This document shows positions 51,201-64,000 of a stretch of DNA of 64,000 bases, piece after piece. Origin of the DNA: Albugo candida (Eukaryota); the NCBI GenBank assembly GCA_040437565.1, contig JBDOQK010000002.1, positions 992,001-1,056,000 on the forward strand. Direction: 5' to 3'. Both the position numbers and the translations under genes were made by a program. Position 1 is the first letter of the stretch, and each line of letters opens with the position of its first letter. The notes beneath the pieces are model-generated. The model had not been told where the DNA came from and searched no databases. It saw only the letters and a list, made by a program, of their open reading frames with translations.

Positions 51201-54200
51201 TTTTTTTCCATGATAAGTCCCTTTGGTAATTCCACGTAGACTTTTTCTTAAATTTCTGCGTTCAAATACGCTGTATCCACATTAATTTGTTCAATGATGT
51301 ATTCAATTGCACAGCACGTTGACGGGAGTATTCTAATCGCGTTAATGCTCACGACGTAGGCACATGCTAACCCTAAACGTCTCGAAGAAATCGACTCCGT
51401 GATGTTGCAAAAATCCCAGCGCAGCCAATCTCGCTTCGTAGCGCAGTGTCAGGCCTGTCTTCTTCTTGACCCAGACCCACTTAGTTACAATGGTCTTCAT
51501 TCCTGGTTTTCGTTACACGATTGACCAGCCCACTGGTCTTTTTCATCTCCGGTGGTTACATCTTCGTACGATCGTGGGATGTTTTGTGTAACCATTGCGA
51601 CTTCTACCATCAACTACGTGTCGCTATCCAATCTAGATCTCTTGGATGTAGGCTCGTTATCATCTCTGTCACTTGACTGAACATTGTTATTATCAGCCTC
51701 AATCATCATTATAGGCTGGTATTTAACTTGTGCAATATCGTATTCATCTCTTCCACTGGTTTTGTCGGTAAGAAGACGTCGGTTCCGTTCCATATCGGGT
51801 CTTCGAGTTATATCTTGTTGAATGATCATCTGACTACCCGTGTTTGACTGAGTGCTCCTTCTTACTGGCAAACCCGATCTTGAATCGGTCGAGGCTGGTG
51901 CATGAGCTGTTGTGGCTGATTTGAATGAAATTGGTGACAGCCCGGCCAGGGGCTTACACTTTCATCTTCAGGTCCAATGTCACTCATCTGTTTATCCATG
52001 TCGACGTCATCGTCTTCGTGTTCATCTCTCATTTCAACATCTCCGTTTCAAATATTATGCATTCCATAATGCAAATCATCGTCCGCATCATCTCCGTAAG
52101 AAGTTGCTGTGTTATCATTCACTGTATTATTTGACACGTTTCCCTCGCAGACACTGTCAACTCGCGTTCGTCAAGTGTAATCGTTCTGCTGGTATGAACC
52201 GTGTGTGTCTCCAGATCGTAAAGTTTATAGCCTTTTGTATTTGTGGAATATCCCAGTAACATGCAACGGAAGCTGTTCGCGTCAAACTTCGTGCGCTTAG
52301 TTTCGTTGACGTGAGCGTATCCAAGCGATCCAAATACCCGTAGGTAATGTAGTTGCGGCTTTGTATTGAAACACTTCTCGACTGGAGTCGTATTGATGGA
52401 TTGGCCGCTTTTGATTCGATTGATCAGGTGAACCGCGGTATTTATCGCTTCATCCCACCAAGTCTGTGCAACATCCTTGGCGGTCATCATGCTTCTCGCT
52501 TTTCCGTGATGGTCCTGCTCATTCGCTCTGCAAGTCCGTTTTGCTGTTCTGATGAATGATTCCATTTATCCGGAAAAATTCCTCGAACCTCTTCTTCTTG
52601 AGTTCTCCTCCATTGTGCGTTCGTATAGATTTACTCTCGTTCCGCACTGTAGTTCCATTTCTGCTTTGTACTAGATGAACTTTGTTGTCACCTCACTTGT
52701 GGTCTTTGAGACGTATACGTTCACAAATGTGGAGAAGTCATCAATAAATGACAGCATAAATCGGGATCCACCAGGAGTTTTGATCTTAATGGGTCCCATG
52801 ACATCTAAGTGAACTAATTGTAATGGTTCCGTAGTCTTCGTCTTTGATTCCTTGGGGAATCTTGCCACGGTCATCTTTCCTTGACGACATCCACTAAAAT
52901 TTTTTCCATCTTCGTTCGAAATTCTTGGTAAAACTTCAGTCGACTGCTGTGTATTATCGTATATTGTGTGGCTTGGATGACCCATTATGGCATGCCATAG
53001 CTCCCACTTGCTCTCAGCGATATTGTGATCAACCACCATGGCTCGCTCATGTTCTACGTTGAGTGTGTAAACGTTCCCTTCGCGCTTCGCTGACACCACC
53101 AGGTCATTTCCTCTAAGAATGTCGCATTGATATGCAACGAACCGCATGTCTAGTCCATGTTGGGCTATCTTTGGAACTGATAGTAGCCGTCTAACTAGAT
53201 TGGGTATGTGTAATACTCCCTTCGCCGTCACCATTGTACCACTCTTTGCAAAGAAATCTAATTTTCCCTCCCCCAATTGCTTCCATCCTAGCTCCGTCTG
53301 CAATACGGACTTCAATTGGATCCTCCAACGCATGATATTCGGAAAAATCTTCTTTGCCGGTGTCATATATGACGAGGGTTCGCTGCTTGTTTACTACCAT
53401 CATAGACTGTAAATGAAATTTCATTCGCGTCCGTCAAATGATTTATCTTGCACTAATGTTTCTTCTTGCCTAATTTATTGCATCTGTGGCACCTTCTACG
53501 AGTTTTTCTTCGTCTTATAATCTTTATTTGTAGCTCGTTGTTAGCGCACTATCTGTCCTATTCCTTGGCCGTGTCGTACACGAAATGCACCCTTCGAGGT
53601 CTCTCATTGCTGTTTCTTGTCGTGTTCCTTCAGCAACTTTTCTTTTACGTCCATCTGTGTCAGTCCAACTGAATTCTCCAGTACTGTGACAAGTAGTTCG
53701 TATTAGGCAGGCAAGCTTCCGAGAAAAGTCGTGAGCTTCCTTCCATCATCCATCGTTTCTACGACTGCTTCCATGCTTAGTGTGAGCTCGTCAAACCGAT
53801 CTATATGGCTGGCCATATTGCTCCTTCTTCCATGCGAGACTCATGCAGTCTTCGTGTTAGAGCTATTCTGTTCTGAAGGTTGCGCTTGTTGTAATAATCC
53901 TCAACTATATCCCATACTTCCTTGGCTGTATTTGCATGACGAATCTTTAATTGATGCTCCACTTCGACTCCTTGTGCGATAATCGCAAACGCTTTCATGT
54001 CTTTGACTCTCCAATCCGCATCCGATTAGCCCTTTGACTTCATTTCCATTATATGATTCAGTGGTCCCTTGCGTGATAGAGTCATCTTCATGTTGAATTC
54101 CCAATGTAAGTGGTTTCCGTTCCCGAGCAAGACGTCAGGCTTCTCCATCTTGTCGCTGTTGCCACCAAACGTTTCTGGGCTCATAACCTGTTAGTTTTCG

Positions 54201-54707
54201 GTCAAAAGGGGAGTAAATTATCAAGATTAACAGTCTCATACGGGCCACTAATCACTACCTCTCGAATTATGTGTCACACCTCATAGTCGTCGTTTCGCAT
54301 GTCGTGTGTACTGCAGAATCGGTGCTTTAACTACAGTGTACGTTTCAACACATCCTAGAAGCGCCGATGCAGAAACGTGTCTACAACAAACAGTCTGAGT
54401 AGATCGTAAAAGGGCATAGACTGCCAGAGTACGAGTTACCCCGGGAAAAGGAAAAGAACATTAGGCATGTATCACATTGGCGGGACCTGGACAAGACTTC
54501 AAGATTCGCCATTGCGAATTTCGCTCGGGGAGGATGTAGGGCACGGCGGCATGCAAAACACGATACATGTTTACGCAAGCAATGACGTCATGTAGGAATC
54601 AGGCAAACAATCCAGTAAAATAGTCAGTAGGCTTAGAGTAGCACAGAGTTCTGAACTAAGTACCTAATTGAACTTCACTTTTCGTTTTTACCAGCTCAGG
54701 CACTACA
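45242..54707 (+). mobile_element. Degenerate Ty3/Gypsy chromovirus-type LTR retrotransposon, interrupted by nested Copia
   Basis: TG..CA LTRs at 45242-45413 and 54535-54707, near-TSD GCTTT/GCGTT, PPT ggggagga. Gag PEPMEI + zinc knuckle, RT (IDLAQGYHQ, VYLVDICI), SFLGLAGYYRRFI, TTDAS, integrase (HPG..YYWP..CSTC, ISDRDPKFTS, DGQTER) and chromodomain remnant. Confidence 0.93.
49901..54350 (-). mobile_element. Degenerate full-length Ty1/Copia element nested in the Gypsy
   Basis: LTRs at 49901-50062 and 54189-54350, near-TSD CATCG/CATCC, PBS GGTTATGAGCCCA (minus, 54176-54188). Gag, LWHAIMGHPS, LVHLDVMGP, LRVFGSLGYAH, DLGPVKYLLGME, VALCTSEAEFMA. Confidence 0.93.
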
Positions 54708-57700
54708 GCGTTTACGCTCAGTAATTGCCGAAACGTCAATTTTAGAGAAAGAGATCGCAATACTTGCTGGAGTTGTGAGATTTCTTCGAAGCTAATAGTA
54801 CCTCGGATGCTTCAATTTTGTACAAATAAACATTTGGCTGAAATACAGGTATGATGAGCGACACTTTCAAAAAAGATATCTAATTTTTTGTTATACCAGG
54901 CAAGCGTATCACACAAGCACTTCAGTACAGCCTTCTTTTATTACCGTTTACTATTATTAAACTGGAGAGATAGCGCTCCTTCTGTAGCGGGAATTTTCTT
55001 TAGTTACTTATATTGAGCTGTGTTTGGCCGTCTTATAAGTGTAGTGATTTAAGTATCTGTTCGAGGCATTATGGCCTAAGCCCGTACAAACTTCTTTCGA
55101 TTTCGTTTTACATCAGGCTTGGGCTCAACTTCCAACACGCATGCTTGCTGTTGTTACCCCGGAACTCACCAGCAAATAGCGTCGGAACAAAAACCTGGGT
55201 AAACAGTAGGGCAGTGGCCTGCTGTTACTTCTTTTAGATTCATAAAGATGTATTTCTAGAAAATTCAGAGATCTAGGACGTTTCTACATCGGGAGAGCGT
55301 TAAAAGGAACAGTACGGATTTTCGACAACGCAATTAACTACAAAGTATTGATAAAGGACCTTGTGGAGGAGATGGTTCGGGCACGACTTGCGAGAAAAAT
55401 GGAAAGTACGTTTATTAAGTTGTCGATTGCTAAGTACAGCACATGTAATGTCAGAATCTTCAGCATGGGCTTTGTGTCCAATGTGCTCTACATCATCAAC
55501 ACTTTGCCTGGATTTGTAATCTCCAGCGTTTGGCTTCTTCAACAACATTTGTAATTGCTTAGTCACTAGTGGATAGGTGGTATAATCGTCCACTTGGCAC
55601 TTTGAGTTGACGCACTTTACTTCAATATTTCCAGTTTTCACAAGTTCACGAACGAATAGATGATAAATGTCGATGTGCTTTGCTCGACTTTGATACCCAT
55701 CATTCTTTGCAATAGCAATTGCACTCGGATTGTCCTCATCCACAGTAATGACGGACTCCTACTGAATGATCAAATCTTCCAGAAGACAATTGATCCATGT
55801 GACCTTTTGTACACAAGAGATAGTTCAACATATTCTGCTTCGGCGGTACTGAAAGCAACAACTCTTTGTAATCTTGACTTCAAAAGGACAGGTTACCAAT
55901 TCATCATAACCATAATATCTGACATAGATCGGAATCTTTTTTTTCGATGTAGCCCAACCTGCGTCGCTATACGCACAAATTTGTACATCTGGATCAGATC
56001 GAAACCAAATCTCACTTTTTTCGTTTCCTTTAGATATCGCAACACTCAACTTGCTGTATTTCAATGTTAAGTTTTCGAGATATCGAATTAGCTGACAAAC
56101 AGCAAATGTAATATCAGGTCGTGCCCCATTCGTAATGTACAGTACAATAATGATCCAACCAACGAAGTAACAGGTCGCTTCTTCATCCGTGGGTCTTTAA
56201 GCTCACTTTTCGTCAATGACTGACCCTCAACTGTTGGGATGTATACTGGTTTCGAGTCAACTTGTTTGAACTTTCCGATCATTCTCGAAATGCATGCTGT
56301 CTGCGAGATCTTCATTACTCTCTTACTTTGACTATACTCAGCGTCCACGCCAAGGATGTAACTCAACTGACGAAGTTTTTTTTTAGCAAAAACTCTTTCT
56401 TCAATTGTAACAGAATGTTGTTAATCCCTCCCAAACTTTCTGATCCTATCAGCAAATCGGCAACATACAAAACAATGTATGTGGAGTCATGTTCCGCATG
56501 TTGAGCAAAATGCAAGTCCTGTTGTGCTGTCTATTCAACTCCAGTTTTGTATCAAATATATTTTAGATCAACTTGTACCATGTAATAACTGCTTGCTTTA
56601 GGCCATATAAAGTTCGGTTCAACTTGTAAACGTGGTTCGGCTAAATCAATACTCCTTCCGGTGGCCAATTCAATGAATATTCTTCCCGAGTTCCATTAAG
56701 AAATGCCGTATTCAAATCATATTTCTGCACATGATAGCCTCGGAGACAGCACAATGCCAAGAATACACGAATTGACTTGCAACAAGAGAGTATGTGTGAA
56801 AGTAGTCTACACCTGGGGTTTGTTGATGACCAAGTGCAACAAGTCTTGCTCTATAACGTTCGATTTCTCCTTTGTCATTCTTCTTGATTGAAAATACCGT
56901 TTGATGCCTATCATCTCCTGACTTGGTGAGCGTTTTACCACGGTCCAAACTGATTTTCCCCAAAGCTGCCAATTCCTCTTTGATAACTTCAAACTACTGC
57001 TCCGCTTCTGGTGATAACTGTAATTTTGATAGTAACTTGGTACTTCCAATGCTGCATTATCTTCTTCATCCTTAAATCTGTATCTTTTCTTTAATCGTCC
57101 ATTATTTTTAACTGAATCGCTCTCATAGGGACGAATGCGCCTGACGGAATATTGTTCGTGAGTTCTAATTGCGGATTCCTTCCCAAATTGTGTCGTCTAG
57201 AATGCGTATCACAACCACGATCTTCATCACCATATCTTCTCTCCCTCAGCACCATAGCCGTATTGGTGAAAACGTCTGTTGAAGCACTATAATCAGTATC
57301 CATATCGCGCATTGTGACAACTTCGAGCTGCGATGAAGATGGTTGATGAGTTTCTTCAATTCAACATCAACTTGAATGTTCTGTACATTAATATCAACTT
57401 TTACATCCTCATCATGTTCGCATCAATACTCGTACCATACTTCTATGCCAAATGACCATCCACCACTTTGGACGTTCTTAATTTTATTCGATTCTTCGAA
57501 TATAGCTTTTGCACTACCACTACTTTGCTTGTTCTGGAACCGATCACTCAATAACCTTTTTCATCACTCGCGTATCCGACAACATACAAGTAAATACTTT
57601 GTCAAGTTTTTGGCTCTTTGCTTTGTCGATGTGTGCAAAACCCTTTGAACCAAAAATACACAAGTTGCTCAAATTTGGTCTAGTCTCAATGCAAAATATA

Positions 57701-59901
57701 ATAGATGTCTTGTACTCCCATACACTGCTGCATTAATTGCTTCCCCTACCACTGCTTGTCGACACTTTTCCATGCTAACATTGATCGAGCTCGCTCAATC
57801 AGTGTACTATTATTTAGCTAGGCCAAACCGTTTTGTTAAGGCGAGTACGATACAGTTTTTTGATGTATAATTCCGGTGTGTCGACATGAAAAAATGGACT
57901 TTTGTCGATGTATTGCGCCCCCTTCCCCGTTCGTTTCTGATACACTTGATCCTTTTGTTCTTTGATNNNNNNNNNNNNNNNNNNNNNNNNNNNNNNNNNN
58001 NNNNNNNNNNNNNNNNNNNNNNNNNNNNNNNNNNNNNNNNNNNNNNNNNNNNNNNNNNNNNNNNNNTTGTCGATGTGTGCAAAACCCTTTGAACCAAAAA
58101 TACACAAGTTGCTCAAATTTGGTCTAGTCTCAATGCAAAATATAATAGATGTCTTGTACTCCCATACACTGCTGCATTAATTGCTTCCCCTACCACTGCT
58201 TGTCGACACTTTTCCATGCTAACATTGATCGAGCTCGCTCAATCAGTGTACTATTATTTAGCTAGGCCAAACCGTTTTGTTAAGGCGAGTACGATACAGT
58301 TTTTTGATGTATAATTCCGGTGTGTCGACATGAAAAAATGGACTTTTGTCGATGTATTGCGCCCCCTTCCCCGTTCGTTTCTGATACACTTGATCCTTTT
58401 GTTCTTTGATTCTCCATCAAAGCTTTATATTCCACAAACTTGCTTCAATCTTCGATGCGACGAAATAGACCACAGTATATCTGGGAGTAATCGTCGATAA
58501 ACGTGACAACATACTTTGTACCCGCCAGGATCCATTACGTGGCTGTGTACAAGTTCAAGAAATACTAATTTCTGATCTTACCATCCTCTGATTTTGAGAA
58601 CGATTTAGGATTTAATCTATACATCTTGCACACATTTGGTGATCATCATGTTCTTTCGCATTCACATTCCGTCAACACATTCACTAACACCGATATATGC
58701 CCAAGACGAGTAATTCTAAATCTTGTTCCGAGTTTTCTTGACTGGCGTTCTCCACTCTGATTGAATATAACAATACGTATAGCTTGTCTCTTTCTTGAGA
58801 TTTGCCACCGTTGACCGTTCTTCATGATGCTGCACCATTGTGTACCAAAATTGAGTTTGAGTCCTCTTGACATCAAAACTGATACTGAAAGCGGTCTTCG
58901 ATCCATGCCTGATACTAATAGATCATCATAGGTTTTTATTCGCTCTCCATTTCCAGTGTAATAAGAACGATTACAGCTTTTGTGGCTGTAAGTTGAAGGC
59001 CATTTGATACAGTGATTTGAATTGATGATTTCAGTGGCTTGAAATCCGTGAATTCTTGTACAAATGGACTCATATGACTGCTGGCACCATTTTATAGTAA
59101 CCAATTCATTTCATAATGTTGTTTGACGCCATAAAACGCCTGTTCTACTCGGTCACTGTCTTCGGTTTTGTCGACACTCAGAAATTCTATGATCAGTACG
59201 TCCGCGTCCAAAGCACTTCGCTAAACTTCTGTGCTGTCAGTTTATGGTTTTCTCTTTTTTTTTCTGAACTGCATGGTTGCTTCCAAAGCAAGTACCCTGG
59301 ACCTCTTCCGTTGCAGCGATCCATATTATCGATGGATCATCTCCTTCGCTTGCATCATATCCATGATAAATTGTTCGTCTTGACCCATGCTGTCTCTAAT
59401 CGCAGCCATTCTTTGTACATATCTCCTCGACTTTTATGAGATGTTCCAATGTGTTCCCTCCCTTTTCCATCCTGAAATCGTGCTCTTGTCGTCTTATTTG
59501 TATACGATTGTGCGTGTTCGCGAAACAAAATGCTTTCTGCTTAATTTATCACGCTTCAGCTGTAGTTGCAGCCGAACAAATCAATGACTGGAAGTTAGGG
59601 ATGACCTTGGTTGCAATGATGGCAAAGGCCTTAACATTATTGACTTTCCACATTTCTATTGCCGGATCGACCTCAATTAAAATCTACAATGCCTCAATAT
59701 GTTCGTTGAGGTTCTTCCTTGCTAAGATCATCCGAGCATTAGACTCCCATATAAAATAATTGTATTCATGCAAAACATTCGTGATATTCCATCGTTTGGG
59801 CTCATAACCTGGTGGTAAAGAACCTTGCGGAGGAGATGGTTTGGGGCACGACGTTGGAGAAATATGGAAAGTACGTTTATTGAGTATAAGATTGCTAAAA
59901 A

Positions 59902-62626
59902 CAGCACCCTACCAAAAAGATTGTCGTTTTTTATATGGGTATTGATATCCCGACAACTTTTTTTTTAATTCAACATGCCTAGTTGAATTATTACTCTCAC
60001 GACTTTTTCTTTTTTGCAAAATACATACATGCTTTTACATTTCAAAGTACTTACATCCATACACACCCAAACTGTTGCTCCAACAGCTCCAATCAAACAT
60101 TATTTGTGATTGGCTAATACACAGAATGTTTCATCTGTGATAGGCTATTACTTCTCACAATTTCCATTTGACACATTGAGCATCGGACACAGGGAAATGC
60201 AGGTGCACCAATTGCGGAAAATCGGCCATAACAAGCGGTATTGCGAAATTCCGGTTACAAGGTTAGATTCAGAACAAGCTTTAGTAAAAAATTAGATAAC
60301 CCTCCTTCATAGAATTATTTCTTTACACATTCTACTTTCGGTCGTTAGTGTATAATGACTTTACGACGCATTATAGCTTAGCAAACTGGGAATGAATCGT
60401 CTACTAGTGATTAATGTTTAGCTCAGTTGAAATAATCTTTCTCTACTAGATTTAGCCTTAGGCGTGAATAACTTCTATTAGTTAAAAATGTGAACTTACT
60501 TATTTTTCCAAAATTGTGGAAGTAATAATTCAAGTAGGCATGACGTATTCTAAATTGCAAATAAATGTAATTTAGGAAAAAACTTGTCGGGATATCAATA
60601 CCACTGATTACTGATCCAAAAAAGTTGTGGGAGTCATAATCTAAGTAGGCATGATGTAATTTAAAAAAAAATGTAATTAAAAAAAGGCTGTCGGGATATC
60701 AATACCCTTTTATATTTGAAATTTTAATTGTCGACGCGCTCCCTTCCCATACACTTCTTTCAATTCCCACAAATAAAACCATGGCCAGTCAAACTATGGA
60801 AACGAAAACCTTGTCGATTGAGGGTAGAAGCCGTCTGGTTGGAATTAAGTCGACTGGTCAGAAAACTCCCTTGATTGCAGCTCATTTCGGAATCAGTCAA
60901 AGACAAGTACAGCGCGTTGTGAAGCACTACCGCAATGAATCCAGTGTTATTCCCAACAAATGTCCAGGACGACCAAAATAACTTGATGACAGGGATGTTA
61001 GGCACTTCGTCCGCAAAGTGGAGAAAGATAGGCGGGCAACACTTCAAGATATCATAAACAAAATGACTGTCCAAGTCAGCCCGTCAACAACAAGAAGGCG
61101 ACTTCATAGAACTGGATTATTTTCTCGCGTAGCGCCCAAGAAGCCATTAATCCGCGAGAATTTCCGCAAGCCGCTTGTCTGAAGAACAGCCTATGAGAGG
61201 TACAATCTAGACTGTCTAGCACCCTCTTTCAAATCAGGACGAAAATTTGTGAAGGTCTGGGGTGCCTTTCAAGGAGAAAAAAAGAGTTGATTGATTCGCA
61301 TGGGTCCAAATCGGCCGACAGCAGTTGACTTTCTTGAACAAGTCTATGATATTGAAGTGGGAAGATTTTAGGCTGAGCTCAATGGTCCATTGCTAATGCC
61401 CCTAAGAAATGGAAGGATGAAAGTGGCATTGCAAAGCTGAATTGGCCACCGAATTCCGCAGGCCTGAACCCAATCCAACATGTGTGGGCGAGAGTCAAAG
61501 ATCAGGTCCAGAAGTTTCCCATGGCAAAAAAACGAAAAAGAATTGTCGCATCAAATTCAAGATTTTTGGTCCAAAGTGATGAAGAATAGTTGCAAAGATT
61601 AGTCTACACCCTCCATTGCCGAATTTAGGCAGTTTTTGCTTCAAATGGTGGATCAAGTCGATGGTAGCATAACCCATATCTAATATTAATAAAATGTCTA
61701 CAATCTAATCTATATCAATTATATTTCTGGTAAACACTTCTTCATATGCATTAGAACGAGTACTGAATGTTTGAGAGGCATTGAGCTAGAGATGGATGTG
61801 TAACTGTGGTTGAANNNNNNNNNNNNNNNNNNNNNNNNNNNNNNNNNNNNNNNNNNNNNNNNNNNNNNNNNNNNNNNNNNNNNNNNNNNNNNNNNNNNNN
61901 NNNNNNNNNNNNNNGCAAGCCGCTTGTCTGAAGAACAGCCTATGAGAGGTACAATCTAGACTGTCTAGCACCCTCTTTCAAATCAGGACGAAAATTTGTG
62001 AAGGTCTGGGGTGCCTTTCAAGGAGAAAAAAAGAGTTGATTGATTCGCATGGGTCCAAATCGGCCGACAGCAGTTGACTTTCTTGAACAAGTCTATGATA
62101 TTGAAGTGGGAAGATTTTAGGCTGAGCTCAATGGTCCATTGCTAATGCCCCTAAGAAATGGAAGGATGAAAGTGGCATTGCAAAGCTGAATTGGCCACCG
62201 AATTCCGCAGGCCTGAACCCAATCCAACATGTGTGGGCGAGAGTCAAAGATCAGGTCCAGAAGTTTCCCATGGCAAAAAAACGAAAAAGAATTGTCGCAT
62301 CAAATTCAAGATTTTTGGTCCAAAGTGATGAAGAATAGTTGCAAAGATTAGTCTACACCCTCCATTGCCGAATTTAGGCAGTTTTTGCTTCAAATGGTGG
62401 ATCAAGTCGATGGTAGCATAACCCATATCTAATATTAATAAAATGTCTACAATCTAATCTATATCAATTATATTTCTGGTAAACACTTCTTCATATGCAT
62501 TAGAACGAGTACTGAATGTTTGAGAGGCATTGAGCTAGAGATGGATGTGTAACTGTGGTTGAAAAGCGCTGGGTTGGTTCTAAATAATATAGATAATAAA
62601 ATGACAATCTTCTTGGTATTGTACAG
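59902..62626 (+). mobile_element. Tc1/mariner DNA transposon, transposase pseudogene from 60781
   Basis: Imperfect TIRs (TACCAAAAAGATTGTCGTTTT / AAAATGACAATCTTCTTGGTA); exact ends ambiguous by about 5 bp. HTH IAAHFGISQRQVQRVV, GRPK, SPSTTRRRL..KKPLI, and WPPNSAGLNPIQHVW (Tc1 WPxxSPDLNPIE motif). 61166-61814 is duplicated across a gap. Confidence 0.9.
59937..60707. mobile_element. Non-autonomous Mutator-like element nested inside the Tc1 left end
   Basis: TIR GGGTATTGATATCCCGACA at both ends, 8-bp TSD TTTTATAT (59929-59936, 60708-60715), extra internal TIR copy near 60585-60602, and frameshifted zinc-knuckle remnant RCTNCGK/IGHNKRYC at ~60202-60245. Confidence 0.85.
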
Positions 62627-62949
62627 TATATGTGATGTTAGAATCTTCAGCATGGCCTTTAGTGTCCAATGTGGTCTAAATCATCAGCACAAAGATTCTC
62701 TAGTTTATGCTCATCTAGGCGCGACCCTAGTATGCTTCGGTTAGCGAGATCGCCTACAGGAGAGGGAAAGGCCAGAGTTACTGAATACTGCCGAGCCGAT
62801 TAGATTCGGTTTTATCCATTCTAATAAAGAGGATCGTTCACAAGAAGGTGATGTCAGTAAGCTATCTCAGGAGGAGTTGTGAGTGACTGTGAAATTTTTG
62901 AAGGAGCAATTATAGAATCAATTCAGAATACCCGTGTGGCTTGTATCAA

Positions 62950-63400
62950 ACATCGAACAAAAATGAGAATTTGCAAGTATTAACTGATGCGATCGGATTC
63001 GAACTTACGGAAGAAGATCAAGTGAGATATTTCGTGGAAGCTAAAATATCTGATAATTTAAGAGGTGTGAAACTCAAGAAAGTCATGGGGACGTTCAGAT
63101 GAGGCGAGAGTATGATGGGAACTTACAAATGGATGGTCTCACCCGCAACTTTATGAACGTCCTGAATGAGCAGTACATGGAAAATGCTGACGAGAATGAG
63201 CCAAAACGTTGCATACATTATCTAGTGAATGCGCTAAGACAACCGATGATGCAAGATTTGCTGAGATCAGAATTATATCGACATGCCAATTGAAGATACA
63301 GAGCGGGTATATCTTGATCTGTGGCTTGGTTGAGGACCCAAGTTATGCGATTCGCTATATTGCGTCGTTCCTTATGTCAATGACATCACATCAGAAGCAG
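62950..63400 (+). mobile_element. Possible decayed retroelement gag remnant
   Basis: Fragmented ORFs such as KRCIHYLVNALRQPMMQDLLRSEL resemble oomycete retroelement gag from memory only. No LTR or pol motif was identified. Confidence 0.35.
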
Positions 63401-64000
63401 GAAGTAAACGTAAGGATGTGTCTCACATACCTCATCCTAATGGGGCAAAAAAGGCAACGACGGGAGGACGACACACATATATGAACCCTGGACATATAAA
63501 CGTAGTTAGAAAAGACCGAAAACCTCCATGGAAGAGAAAGCAAAAGAAATCTACACGACAACGAAAATGTCTTCATTGTCGGTAGGTTGACCATACGTTT
63601 TAATGCTGTCCCTACTGTAATTCCGCTAAAGCACAGAAAATATGGCGGAACTACAAACTTTAGTGAAATGCCAAAACAGTCGGTGGAGTAGAAGAAGTCG
63701 GCAGAACTCCGATTTCGAGGCAGGAATTGGAATGAAGAAGATCTCCTTTTTAGCAGACAGACTTCACGGAGTTCTTATTACTCTTTTCAGCAAATTTGTT
63801 GATGGAGTGAAGTGCGCATGGAAACGCCTGAACAAACCGATTAAGTTGATGATTGTCTCTTAAGATATAGATGATATCCGCGAAGAAGCTAATATTCAAC
63901 TCGAATTCACAACTCCAGAAGGGCACCTGCGACCAGAAAATGTCGAATGTATGGTACTACCATGCAAACTGATAAGATGGATGGGGAATGAATTATATGA

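Larger units (their letters stand above)
55346..62689 (-). mobile_element. Degenerate Ty1/Copia element whose 5' LTR is split by a Tc1 insertion
   Basis: 3' LTR 55346-55501; 5' LTR halves at 59810-~59905 and ~62622-62689. Perfect TSD CAAAG at 55341-55345 and 62690-62694. PBS GGTTATGAGCCCA at 59797-59809. ERYRARLVALG, EDNPSAIAIAKNDGYQSRAKHIDI. Confidence 0.92.

Noticed and set aside
54713..55340. Inter-element segment with short ORFs
   Set aside because: No motifs, repeats or homology that I could support.

Overview
Eukaryotic genomic DNA, most consistent with a zoospore-forming oomycete such as Albugo. This is inferred from short GT-AG introns, very tight gene packing, a BBS7 gene and Copia elements with a GGTTATGAGCCCA primer-binding site; it is not proven. 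The window has two compartments. 1-27.4 kb is gene-dense: TUBGCP6, a PH+TBC RabGAP, a hypothetical coiled-coil gene, an intronless coiled-coil-NACHT (STAND) NTPase, a cationic amino-acid permease, JMJD5/KDM8, BBS7 and an opine (octopine-family) dehydrogenase. 27.4-64 kb is gene-sparse and made mostly of decayed, nested transposons: four Copia, one chromodomain Gypsy, four Mutator-like, one Tc1 and a foldback element. Nine 100-N gaps are present. Seven are flanked by exact duplications that are most likely scaffolding artefacts. Most notable: (1) a mirror-image arrangement at ~27.5-44.4 kb holding two inverted paralogues of an unrecognised 27-aa Val/Pro/Glu repeat protein, (2) a sensor-less NACHT protein with a Walker B E-to-Q change, (3) the opine dehydrogenase.
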